DNA of 64,000 bases from Euglena gracilis (lineage: Eukaryota): assembly GCA_039621445.1 (NCBI GenBank), contig CP154954.1, positions 13,806,387 through 13,870,386 of the forward strand, given 5' to 3'. The notes below the pieces were generated by a model. The model saw nothing but the letters and a program-made list of their open reading frames with translations, had not been told where the DNA came from and ran no database searches. Position numbers and translations under genes: made by a program. Below, one piece after another: positions 11,455 through 24,238 of the stretch. The first letter of the stretch is position 1. Every line of letters begins with the position of its first letter.

Positions 11455-14400
11455 TCTGCGGGCGGGGTGGCGGTAGTTGTCTGGCACTGGATGCCAGGCA
11501 GCGTCATGGGGGATGGCACCTGTCAAAAAGAAGGAGATGAGACGGAGCTATCTGGGCGAGGAACAATAGGGGTGCGGTCTATTAAGGAATCACGGACGAT
11601 GGGGCAGACAAGGGGGTCCTTGGGACCCGAACTTGACTGCCTAGCCCCCAATTGTCACCCCCCCCCCAATTATTGCCGGGGGAGATTAGGCATGGCGGGG
11701 GGGGGCTGAGTGGGGGGGCATGCAATGCATCAACCTTCATCACTTCAGCCTTCCTTTTCATCCATCATTTCAGCCTGCTTTTTTATGTAGGTGGCGTTTT
11801 CGGTCGCTATTCATCAATTACTGGTTCAAACTCGAAAATTTGACTTGACATGGTCTGAAAATGGAAAGAAATGCCAAGATTTGCGGCGAAAAATTTTTTC
11901 GACCCAAACAATGGCGCTTCTTTGCCATATGAATTTGAGCCAAAACATTGGTAAAAGGGGTTATTGCGCAAGTACAGGGGGTTTGAATAAGAAGTCGGTG
12001 AAAAGTTCGCGCCATGTTATCCCGACTGGGTTTATTTCCGCAAAGGGCATAGCAAGTGGCCAAGAAAAAACCCGCCTAGTAATCCGCCGGCATAAGCTCC
12101 GCTAATTGAGCCAGGCATCAGCAACAAACCCTTTGAAGTCAAGAATGAAAAGGCGAATAATTTCTTGTCCAGAACAAGGGGTCCCCTCCAACAATGTGTC
12201 TTCTGTACGGGAAAAAAATTTTCACCGGGTTTAACCCAGTGGAACTGTTGTGGGGGGCATGGTAATGCCCAGGATGATGAAGGTGGGACATGTTCAAGTA
12301 CAGATTGCCAACCCTCAAAAAGACTTTCAAGCCCTTCCCGTGACTTCATTTCACCTCAAGCATACACTCCAACAACTGATTGCCAGTGAGAAGTGATATA
12401 TGTAGGAGAGAAAAGTGCCTTCACTGACAGAGGTGTTTTGGAAAACCTCTGTCATCTCATCAGCGGGAGCTTCACAGTACAGATAAGATAACCGACATAA
12501 CCAAGTATGGCAGTGGCACGGTCATGTGAAGAGGGAATTAGAAAGTTTGATAAGCATGAACCGCGACACCTAGGAATTGTAGCAAACAGATATTGATAAA
12601 GACCAAACTTCAAGTATTGATAAAGTAAGATTACCAACGTCTTCACCAAGATAACCAGGCCGGATATCCACCTGTTGAGAGAAAAGGAGACAAGGGAAAA
12701 TTTGTTAAGTTAAAACTCGCCACCATGCTCGCGACCTGTCAAAAATAAGCCGTCAATTTTTTCTGTCGCCTTTTTCAGAAAACAGTTTTTTTTTGAATTA
12801 TTATTCCCCAGTAGGAAAGAATTTCATGGCAAAAAGGGGGGAGGGGAAACATGATTTTTTTGTGGAAGTAACCCCCCCAAAAAAACAGAAAATAATTGTC
12901 CTCACCCCACCATTTGGACAACCAAACCCCTTTTTGGCACCCAACGTCTAACGCACCTCCACACCCAAAAACGGCCAAAAATCTTGTCCTAAAAAAAGTG
13001 CCAAAATTGGTGCATTTCTGCAACCAAAACAGAATTTTTTGGCTACTTTTTTCCCCTTCAAAAATACCCCCGCCACCCCCTGGGGGGAGGTACACAACGG
13101 GGGGGGGGGGGCAGTCCCAAGAGGAATGCACCAAGCCCGGCAATCCGCAGGCTTGTCCGCCCCATTGTGGACCCCCCATTGTGTACCTCCCCCCCATAAT
13201 GTACCCCCCCGTTTTGGCCTCCCGGGGGGAGGTCCACAATGGGAGGGGATGGTGGCCATTTTGGGCCATTTTTTCAAAAATGGGCCAAAATGCATCCCAA
13301 AAAATGTAACGGTCAAGAAAATCCTAAACAAATTTGTTCGCCAGCCCCACCCCCTGTCCGCCGCCGGTCGCCCCCGCGACCGGTGAGTCCCGGTGGGCCG
13401 AGGGCCCCGGGGGGGTCCTCGCCGTCGTGGATAACCACCGACAGCAGGGGGGGTGGGTGTTTCCGGGGCGGGGCCTGCACATTTTGTGGGGGTTGGTGGG
13501 CTCAGGCCAACTCCCATTTTTTCACCGAGGTGTTTTCCCCTACCCCAGCCGGCGCGTAGGATCGTTTTTTTTAATGTTTTCCGAGAATTTGGTGAAAATC
13601 AAAAGATCTGCCATTTGCTTTGAAATTTCACTTTTCTCCTCTCTCTTTCTCTCTCACTCTCACACTCTCTCTTGCACACCTTGCAGGGAAAAACAACCCA
13701 CAACCCAACCCACAGAATTCTGAAACTCTGAAAGTCAGAAACTGAAAGTAGCTGAGTGTGAAGAATTGAAAACGAACTGTGAAATGTGAATGTGTGAAAA
13801 TGTGCAAACCTGGGGCAAGGAGGTGAGGCGGTATAGGGTACAGGGGCGGCGGTGAAGATGGCGTTGTTGTAGGCTCCTTCACTTGTCTCTTTCAATCATC
13901 CAACAATCTAATTGTCCACTTCAAAACCACCAACAGTGTAATCCACACTTCAGCTTCCCACCAAGAATGTCAAGGCCAAGTTCAATACAATACTATCCCT
14001 TCTTTGCCAAATAAAGGGGAAAACCCCTCAAGTTCTGTGAAAAAAGACAAATTTGAAGTTGCTTAGAAATTTGACCCGCTTCCAATTTAAGTCGCGGGTT
14101 TCTCTAACTGATTGGCTGTTACCCGCGACTTTGTAATTTGCGCTTTCTGGCAATTTTTGGCTGCCGTCGAAAGCCGGTGGCCAACAAATTCCTTTTGAAA
14201 AAAAAATGAAAAAAATGACCAATTGTGGACATAAAAATCACCCAAAAATGACCACTTTCAAACCAAAAGGCATTTTTTTGTTCAAAAATGGCCCAAAAAT
14301 GGGCAAAAATGATTACTTTTTGGACCCAAAAAACACCGATTTTAGGATGCGTGCCTCCTTTCTCGTGATGGGATGCAACAACATGGTTGCCGCCTCCCGA

Positions 14401-17322
14401 CCACCTCCAAAGTGGCATACTCCCCCCGTGACCCCCCTCGTGACCCCCCCGTGACCCGCACCGGGCTTTGTGGTTCCTTGAGGGTCTCAGGCGGCCAAAC
14501 TCGCACTTAAGGTTTTTTAGCTTGCATTTGAGCGCAAATTTCCAATTTTTTGAAACCTGGCGGTGAAACCACCCTTTTAACCCTCTGGTTCCGCGGAGAC
14601 CCTAAACGGTGGCGTAGGCATTATTTGCCGACGTTGGGACACGGGGAACAGGCCCAATTTTGGTGTTTTTCAGCCTGTGCACCATTTTGAAGAAGCTTCA
14701 TAACCCTGGGTCTGAACTCCGGGACACGTGAATTTTCCCCAAAGCCGCCTTGACTGTGCTCCCTGATGGTGCTACACAGGCTGGGTGTAATTTGACACTT
14801 TTTGTTGCTTTTTGGGGGCTCTGCGAAGTATCCGCGAAGGGTGGCCTGCTGAGCTGTCCAGAGGGTGGACTCTACACACACGTTGTGAAAAGTTGGAAAA
14901 AAAACGTTATGCAATAGAGTTTTGATCCCTGGGTGCTTGAAGTGCGAGGAGCGGCACAGCAGGAACCACCCAGGTGGGAGGGGTTGGCGGGGGGGTTGAG
15001 GGCAAGCCCAGGGTCGTGTCCCAACGTCTGGTGAGCAAATCCAGGCCCCACACTGCCGGGCATAGAAGGATATAGTCAATGGCATTGCGCTCAAGCAGGG
15101 TTGGAAAGAAGTTAGAAGAAGAAGTTAAACTTCAACCTCACTTCAACTTCAACATCTGTTCAACATCTGTTCAACTTCAACCTTTTCCTCTCTATGGAAG
15201 CAAACACAAACAAAAAGGCTACATCCGAAGGGGCACCGAGGACTGGTTTTTGGGAAGAGAAGGTCGTATTTGCCAAAAAGACAGTCCAATTCAGATGTGA
15301 TTTCAGGCGGATCATCCGCCTCCAAAATTAAAGAAAATGGGAGATTTGGCACAAAATTGAACCGTCGCGGGGGGGGTCGCGGGAGGAGGGTCGCGCAGGG
15401 AACGTGGCAGTTTTGACGAGTCACATGTGACCAGTGTCACCTCACATACAACGTCACATGTAACTATTTTTAGAACTTTTGGGTCCAAAAATGGGGGGCC
15501 AGCAGACCTACCCACCCTCCCATCCCTTACCCCCACGAGGTCCAAAACTTTTCAGAAAAACCCTGCACACACAACATACATAACACGTCATTACGTTACC
15601 TGTCATTCCATGGAGCTGCTGATTGGGTTTTGCAGGTTGTACCTGTGACACCCATTTGGTTGTTCAAAGGGCCATCCAAGTTGTCACCAAGCATCCGAAG
15701 TTGCCACTCGTAGGCCGTCACTGGACAAAATCTGGGGTTGTCTTTCGTTTCGAGACCGTAATGTTTCAGCAGTGCTGCATTGAGATGGTCATTCCTTGCC
15801 TGGTGTTTTTTTCATGGTCTTACCAACCCCTGGGGGGAGGGGGGTCACTCCATTATTCAAAAAACCATCCAGACACTTTTTTTCGGGAAGCCAGTCAGTC
15901 ACTGCCCTCCCGGGAGGGGGGTCGGCCACCCAAGAAAACCGGCCAGGCCACTTTCCAGTCACTTTAGGCCATTTTGGCCCCCCAAAAAAATCCCGGCGGC
16001 TTTGGCGCCCGCCACTTTTGCCCACACCTGGCCAACCCCAGGGGGGTGGGGGGGGCTTTCAGTGAAATTTGAAATTGTAATTTCAGAAAAGCCATGTGTG
16101 GAAATGATTTCTTCCACCGTCTGTGGCCCTGGCATGGCAGCCTCCAACGTATTGGAATCTCGTTTGTTCATTTTGTTTGCTGGATGAAATTATACATACG
16201 TGCAAAACTTGCTTGCCAACGGTTGCATCCCGCACCCTTTCGCTCTAAGCTGAAGATCGCTTGAAGCCCAAGCATTGGGGGGCCTTTGGGGGGGACCGGG
16301 CGCCAAAGGCGCCTGGTCCCCCCACCAAGTGCCCCCAAACTTGGCCTTCACCTTCCAGATCATGCGTGACGATGTACTCCTGTCCAAAAAAAGTCATACA
16401 TACAACACACATCATTTGGCCTGTCATTTCTAAAACGCAGTTTTTTTGCGGTTTAACCTGTGACTCTAAAAGGGGGTTTAAATAAACTGCCCTCAATAAG
16501 TAGTTACAGCTAACACGCGAAAACGATGGCCACGTAGCCAAGAATGATGGCCACCTTACCAAAAAGTGTTTGCCTCGTTGCCCAGAATGGTGGCCACCAA
16601 GCCCAAAACTCTTGCCACCAAACGTGCCACTGGACCTGTAAATGTTGGCCACTTTTTCTGGAACTTGAAAAAGTTGGCCATTTTTTGGTTGTGTCGTATG
16701 TTGAATGATCCTGTGTCGCATGTCAAAATTTCACATAGAGGGCCATAGTGTGCAAATGTGTGTGCACATTGCAGTGGAACGGACCATCCTAACCCCCCCC
16801 CGGGCTATTAGGGTGCTCCAGGGGGAAGGAGGGCGTCTGGGCCGCCTGGTTTTTTCTTTTCGGCCGCCCATCTTTTCCGAATTTTCAGTCCAGCGGCACC
16901 AGGGAAACACGCCGAAATCGGGCCGTCGGGGCCGGATTCGGGGAGGGCGTGCTTATTTTTCAGGAATAAGGTGAGTGAGGACTGGCACACTGCTGCCCGG
17001 CTTCTTTTCTTCTCTCTTCCCTCAGTTTTTTTTTCTCAATGCCTGTTTGAAGGCATTTTGGTTTGCGTCGTGGGCGCCTCAATGAAGACATTTGTTTTCA
17101 ATGAGGCGGGCACTGTCCATTTGTTGAACCCAGTTGTCTCGGGACCTGTGCATGGGTGCAAGATGAAAGTTGCAGAGAAAGCAGATATTTATTTTTGACG
17201 ACAAGCAAGTTTTAAAAAATCTGGTACAACACGTCACTACAAACAGTTTTCTTAGAAAAATAATGTTTTATGAATGGAGGACTCTTTCAGTAGGTCCGAC
17301 AAGGTTTCTTTGTATTAATTAA

Positions 17323-17446
17323 CATTCAAAAATGTCATATGTCATATCGTCACCAGGATGATAAAAAGAAGATTTTCAATTATTTTTTTTAAAAATCTTC
17401 TTTTTTATCATCCTGGTGACGATATGACATATGACATATTTGAATG
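17323..17446. repeat. Near-perfect hairpin, ~55-bp arms
   Basis: cattcaaaaatgtcatatgtcatatcgtcaccaggatgataaaaagaagatttt ... aaaatcttcttttttatcatcctggtgacgatatgacatatgacatatttgaatg. Confidence 0.9.
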
Positions 17447-17715
17447 GTGTTGCTATTTTCACAACATTACAACCATGTGCTTTGCACTTTTTGTTAACTG
17501 TGTGTCAGGGAAAGATTTCACACCCATGATTGCAAGGTTGCTGTTTGTCGGACCCCCTCATATGCCTCTGACCACTTCAACTGGGCACCGTAGTCATGCA
17601 CCAGCTTTGGAATGTTTGTTGCATTTGTGTTCCCTGACCCATGGCACTGCATAAAGGTCAATTTCTCCGGACGACTGTTGGAAGTTTTTTCAATTCTAGT
17701 GAATGACGCGCATTC

Positions 17716-17860
17716 AGGTCCCAGTGGCCGTGGTTTTTAGGTCCAGGGGCCCCTATTATTAGGTCACGTGGGCACTATTTTTAGGTTCCGTGGCCGCAGT
17801 TTTCGGTCCAGTGGCCATCGTTCTAGGGCCAGTGGCCCTGGTTCTCAGGTCGGGAGGCCA
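17716..17860. repeat. Degenerate ~21-22-bp minisatellite (ggtcc.agtggcc...tttta)
   Basis: About 6 diverged tandem units visible. Confidence 0.6.
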
Positions 17861-20800
17861 ACATTTATCCCGTTAGCTGCAACTCGGTGTAACCTGTGCT
17901 CAATACATATTGTAACAAGTTAACTGCTTATTGAGGGCAGATTATGAGCAAAAACACCTTGAAACACCTTAAAAAGTCATAAATTAAAGCATCGCTGGAA
18001 AATTGTCCATCGGGAAAAAAATGGATGTTTGGGTCACGTTTGATGCCAGGATGGCCCTTGGACTTGCCTTGGAAAATGGATACCTTAAAAAATAGAAATG
18101 CCTGAAAAAACCTTAAAATGCCTGGAAAAAAATCCTTAAAAACTTAAAACTTGAAGCCTGAAAAAGCACCCATGATGCTGGCAAAACAAAAGGGGGGGTT
18201 TGGGTGTAAAATAAATGAACATTGGGCAGTGCTATTTTGAACAGATGGCAAAAAAATTTAACTCCACTAATCAACTTTTAAAACAGCTAAATCTGGAAAT
18301 ATTGCATCTTTCAAAACAAACAAAATACAAATGGTAAAAATCCGCAATGAGAAGCTCAGCCCCAAATCCACTCATCAGCGAAGCAATCAACTCGGTGGGT
18401 GGGTGGCAGAACATAATGAGGAGAAACCAAAATTTGCCTTGGCTCACATTTGACCAGACTGACAAACAAAGCCAACTGGCAGATGATGACAAGAGAGAAA
18501 CATGGCATTCACGCTGAGGATGAGTCATCAAAAATCATGATGCAAAATGAATGTGAGATTGCATGTTGACTTTTTGAAAAAAACATTTTGACAAATCGGT
18601 GTTTAGAAAAAACACCGATTGTTGTTTCTCGAACACTGTGTTCAAGAGGTATAGGCTACGGCACACAAGTCACAGTCACTCTGGGGGGGTTTGGCAGAAC
18701 GGACGAGGACCATCCAGGGGAGGGGGTGTCTGCGCCGTGCCGAGGGGGTCCATCTAGTGGTCGGGGTCCGTGCAGGTCCAGGTCCCGAAAAGGCCAAAAA
18801 TATCCCAGTACTTCCCGTTGAAATGAAGAATTTTCTATCCAATATGCCCCCAAAAAACTGATGGATACTTAAAAAAATTCGAAGAAATTTGGGTGGCCAC
18901 CCAGGTCCAGCCTGCTTTTGGTGAGGGGATATCCCACCACCTGCGAAGAGAAAAATGAAACATTGCTGTTGTTTGCAGCCATGAATTGTGCCATGAACCC
19001 ATGGGGGCGCGTTTTGGCCAGGTCCGAGACCCCCCCCCCCTTATTGACGTCATTGGAGGGCATGGGGGGTCCGGGGGGGGCAGCCCCTGGGAGGAGGCTG
19101 AAGGCTGACTAAGGAGGCTAGGCGCGCCGCTCGGGGGGGGGGGGTCCGGGCCCCCCCCCCCCCCCCCCCCGCGCTGCCCCTGCGCGGCCGTCCGTGCGGC
19201 CTCTCGCCCCCCCCCTCGACCCCCCCCACTGTGCCTAGCCTTTGCACACACAAGGGGGGTGTATGAGTCCCTGGTCGGAACCCCCACCTACGGGGGTCCT
19301 GAAAATCATAGTCGCCCCTGGTCGGCCCTGGTCAGCCCTGGTCGGCCCTGGTCGGCCGTAGGTGCCTGTCTAGAAGGAAAAAAAAAAACCCTAGGGGTTG
19401 GATCATCTCCAGCTTCAAAAAAAAAACCCGATAGCGTGTTTGTGTGTTGGTGTATCTAAGTTTTTGGTGAACCACTGAACAAATTGAATGAATCGACCAA
19501 TAAAATGTTGAAAAAATATCTTTGGACCATCGTACGCCATTTTTCGACCTATTAGCTGATGCAGGAGAACGGGGCCACAAACTGAGGTAGGTACACGGCA
19601 CAAAAGTGCGAGCATGCGTGGGCAGCAGTGCCGTAGTTTGTGTACACGGAAACGGCTAGTGAAAAAGACATCAAATACAAAAACAGAAGGCAACGCAACT
19701 CCCGGAAACAACACACAAAAAAGGACACTCATAAATTCAATTGCAATCAATTTTCGCAAATATTCAGAAATTTGTCCCTATCTGAAAATTGTTGCTTGAT
19801 TGAGGACAAAATTTGGAGAGAGGGTCAAGATGGGATGGGGGAAAACAGTTTTTAATCCCAAACGACACAAGAATGTTTCCGTAACTTGGACAGTCACAAT
19901 GGATCTCTTTTCATTTCATTTCTTATTTCATTTCCGGTGGTCATCTGTGGGTTGCTTGGATTAGAGAAACTACAACTGAAATTACAAAAAGGCGTCTCAC
20001 TTGGGTTGGAGCTCGATATTGGCAGGTCCCACATGGAAAAAATTGACTTTTTGCAGGCTTTTAAGCCTCTTTGCACTGACAAAAAAACTTTCAGGGCCAA
20101 ATCACATGAATGTCACTATGACGTCTGTTCGATGTACCCGCGAACAAAACACATAACATATCTTTGTAATAATGCTTTTGTTTAAGTTTTATGTTTGAAA
20201 CAGAAGTTTTATGCATCTGGAAGTTGGGGAGCACAAAGACCACCAGCCTGAAGGAGAACACCAGGAATTTCTCAAGTGATCACACAAGCACGGGAACATT
20301 TGCCTTGTGTTTGGAAAGTCCAACTCAGAGGGGCGGAGGGGCTTGTCTATGCTGGCGAGTCATTGGCTTTGTCCCGTTTGCGGGACAATGACAAGGACAA
20401 GAGACGCGGACGGCAGCGCTGACGACGCTGCACCTCTGAATGGCTCTCGGACCCTCCCCGAGTCGCTTCATTTCGCACCTTCCCATGCCATATATACATA
20501 TATACACATGTGAATATGAAAAAAAAATTACATATATAATGTGACATAAATTAATCCTTTTTCAAATATTATATATAAATGAAATAGCAATCGTGCACTG
20601 TACATCAAATAAAAATTTTATAATAACTTCCAAAAATATGAGTGTGTGTGTTAATTAAAAATTACTTAAAACAAAAAATAGAATAAAATAAAAACAAGTG
20701 TATTCTTTGTACGCACATTTACGCAGTGAGACAACAAAACAAATGCCATTTGCAGAACATCTTCCAGGTGGAGAAAAGCCACAGGGAAAGTTTGGGGGGA

Positions 20801-21323
20801 GGAGTAACATTCACCAGCAAAACCGCAGCAAGTTGCGCCTGGCGAACGGTCACGTGTGGCGGGGAGAGAACAAAAAGACAGGAGCAGCCTGCTTCAGTCC
20901 ATTTGTTTCTGTTTGGGGTGGAGGAAAAATGCAAAACAGAGGTAACCCAAATGAGCAAGCACATCCGCATTGGTGTTCCTTTCTGGCGCTTCAAATGTGA
21001 AACTTATGCCAAAATTCGACATTTCACCGCAAACATTGGTTGGTATTGGCTTTTGGTAAAACAGCGAAAAAGAAAGTCGAGCGAAGAGGACTGTGCAGTG
21101 AGGAGGAAAGAAGTCGGAGTTTGGGAGGACATGCACAGACCTCCAAGGAAGGGACGTGGCAGAACAGGACCAGTCATTGCAAAGAGGGGCCGCACATGGT
21201 TTGCAATGTGACATCACTGATCATACACTTATGAACCATAAATCCAGCAAAAGACAAATCAGAACACCAGCATTCCCAGCACGTATTTATATATGCATGT
21301 GTGACTGCATGCATGTATGCATG

Positions 21324-22948
21324 TACCATGCCCCCCCCCCCATATAAGACCCCCCTCTGGCCGGCCGAAGGCCGGCCCTTTGGCCGGGACCGACCCCCCC
21401 ATAAAAGCCCCCCCCCCCATATAAGGGGGAGCACGCCGTCGGCCAGCCGTCGACCAGCCGTCGGCCAGCCGTGTGACTCACAGGAAAATGACCCGAGCCA
21501 CAGCCTTGCAATGCAGAAACATTTTCGCCGCCAATCTCCCTTCAAGGTCGTTTTCATCGTTGGTAGAGGCTGCATTTGTGCCCATTTGAAGTCATTTTTC
21601 GTCAAGTTTTGTCAATTTTGCCAATTTTGGACTTTTTTGACCAATTTTGACCATTCCACACCAAATTTAGGCATTAGGTGCTGAAATTTACTACAAAAAA
21701 GAGGTGTCCGAAGGTCCGAAGGACGGAACCGGCGTTTGGAACGCCGGGCTTTGGACAGAACCGGCGTCCGACACCTCTTGTTTAAGCCGGCGTTTTAGAG
21801 ACGCCGGGATGAGGACAGAACCGGCGTCCCTAACCTTCGGCCAAAGGACACTCCCAGGACCAATCTCCGACCACTGATCTGCAATGTCACACCACTTTGC
21901 ACCAAATTCCGGCGATCGCGAGGGTATTTCTGGCTGTGTCAATCGTCTAGGTATAAAAACACCCCTCGATCGAAAGCTCTTTTCATCAGACGACTGGCGA
22001 TCACCACCAAATTCAGCCACGTCGCCTGGAGCCCTTATTTTCCGTCAGTGGGGAATCCTAATTTCACAACTCTGATGCCCCAAGGCCCTTAGGTCGTTGA
22101 TTCGAAGGGGAAAAACGTTTCTGTAGTGTTTATTAAGCATCTTAAACCAAAAATCACTGAAAATTGCGACAAATTTCGACTCATATTTTGGCCGATCCGA
22201 CGATCGCGAGCGTATCTCGGGCTGCATGCAACGTTAGGGTACCAAGTTACCCCTCGATCGAAAGCTCTTTTCAACTGACGACCAGCGGTGCTCATCAGAT
22301 CTTTCCACGCTGCACGGTACTCTATTTCCAAATTTTGGCCAATTTTCACCAAATTTGGATATCCACCCTAGTGGTCCCCAGATGGCAAAATTCATTGTCC
22401 TTGGTGGTTGAAACACTCATACCAGCACCTCAGGGCCACTTTTGGGCACTTTTGGTGACATTTTTAGGAATGAAAATCTGACGCCGGGCTTTGGACAAAG
22501 CCGGCGTTCCTAACGCCGGGCTTTAGGACAGAACCGGCGTCCGGAAAGCCCGTGGGGGGGGGACGCCGGTTCTGTCCTGAGCCGGGCGTCTCAAACGCCG
22601 GCTTAAGCAATTTTCACCCCGAAATATACATTTGCCACTCATGCCAGCCAAAATTGTGCAATTTTCCACATGAAAATGGGATTTTACACCCAAAATTAGG
22701 CATTTGCCACTCAAAATTATGAATTTACACATGAAACTAGGAATTTCCTCCTCAAAATTAGGAATTTGCACTTCTAATTTCGGATCTGGCACGCCAAGTT
22801 AGGCATTTGTTACCCAAATGAGATAGGGAACCTGACCCGGCTTCCGTCACGCCGTCGGCCAGCCGTCGGCCAGCTGTGTGCTCCCCCTAAGACCCCCCCT
22901 GGTATTTTGGCTGCCGAGGGGGGGTCTTATATGGGGGGGGGCATGGTA
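21324..22948. mobile_element. TA-flanked MITE-like element (CCATG-C-run TIRs) with nested insertion(s)
   Basis: TA-ccatgccccccccccc-atataagacccccc at left; ggggggtcttatat-ggggggggg-catgg-TA at right. Confidence 0.7.
21786..22602. mobile_element. Nested TIR element flanked by TTAA
   Basis: ttaa-gccggcgttttagagacgccggg ... gccgggcgtctcaaacgccggc-ttaa, with repeated ggacagaaccggcgtcc motifs. The same motifs also occur just upstream, so the left boundary is uncertain. Confidence 0.5.
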
Positions 22949-23716
22949 TGTATGCATGTATGTAAATCTATACATTTGTTTTATGTCCGAATGAAGCATC
23001 CCTGCAACAGTGTGGGTACATACACGGATACATGGATGGGGCGTTGGGTAGGTGTCACATTCAATTGGATTACATGCTGCAGAAACTCAGGTGCTGGGAA
23101 ACACGGTGCCTTGCAATCCAATGTCCCCGAGTGACGGCAGTCAACCGAGGACAAAACAAGACCGACGTTCGTGTCTGGGTGTTGGTGCGTCTGTGTGTGT
23201 TTGTGTGCGTGAGCATGGATGCATATGTTGGTGCACCTCGTAATCAAATGATGCAGTGCAGCCAGTGAAAGATGTAATCTTAGCAGGCAAACCAGTGCTA
23301 CAGATGTGAAGGAGCCAATGCAAGTGCAGTTGAAAGCTGGATTCTGCTTGTGCGCACCGCCCATCCGCTCTGTGTGTGGCTTGTTTTTCCTCTCCTCTAC
23401 TGGTGACACTGCGGGACTTGTAGTTAGTGCGCTACGCTGCTCACGCCGCGGGGCCGAAATTTCCTTTCTGCAAAACTCTTTGCCGCAGCGTTTATGGCAT
23501 TTTCATGGCATTTTTGGCATTTTTTTTTGCCACGGTGGATGTGACAAGGAAACTTTCTGCAACACCGCAACAGTTAACGTGTTTTCCGGTGGTGCCGCCG
23601 AGGGCATAATTTCTGCGTTGTCACGGGCAAGCGTGACATACAGGAGTGCGCCAAACATCGCGTGCAACTAACATCGCGGGGACTTAAACCGAGGTGTCTA
23701 ACTCCGAGGGTACGTC

Positions 23717-24024
23717 TGTGTACCAGGCGTATGCTTCTGTCCCCTTCCGTTGAGGAAGTTAGGATGGAAGCAGATCCTATTAGGATTTCCTAATGGGTGC
23801 CCCTTCTCTCTCCACAGGTGGTATTCTGTTTGTCTTTCCTTTTCTCCGGACCGGACTTGGTTATCCAGTCCGTCCTCCCTGCATTGCTCTGTGCTTTGCT
23901 TCTTGGGAAGTGGGAAAAGGGATTTTACTGTTACTCTGATTTTCAGTTCCCAAGTAGGTGCGCCAAGGCGAAAGCGAAGGCTTTTGGGAATTGGGAATTG
24001 GGAATTGGGAATCAGACGTACACT
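23717..24024 (+). repeat. 5' LTR
   Basis: tgtgtaccaggcgtatg...atcagacgtacact. Matches 39867-40174 except for 2 substitutions (tgGga/tgTga; actCtg/actAtg). Confidence 0.97.
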
Positions 24025-24046
24025 TGGTAGCAGATTTGTTCGATCC
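24025..24046 (+). promoter_or_regulatory. Primer-binding site complementary to initiator tRNA-Met
   Basis: TGGTAGCAGA directly after the LTR is the complement of the ...UCUGCUACCA 3' end of eukaryotic tRNA-iMet. It is followed by TTCGATCC, complementary to the iMet T-arm GGAUCGAA. Confidence 0.9.
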
Positions 24047-24238
24047 TACGCTGACTGGCAGCGGAGGGCCCCTGCACCGTTATTACACGGTCGCAGCGTC
24101 AGCTCCCGGCTTCTAGTCAACGTCTAAGCAGACGAGCAGGCTCCGGAAGGTGCTGTACGGTATTACCCGTTACAGCCCCTCTGGTGCCAGCACAACTGCT
24201 TAGTTTTATGGGTTTTTGCTGTTTTTGTCATCAGAAAG

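Noticed and set aside
24025-24050. tRNA gene fragment
   Set aside because: It is the retrotransposon PBS; no cloverleaf is present.
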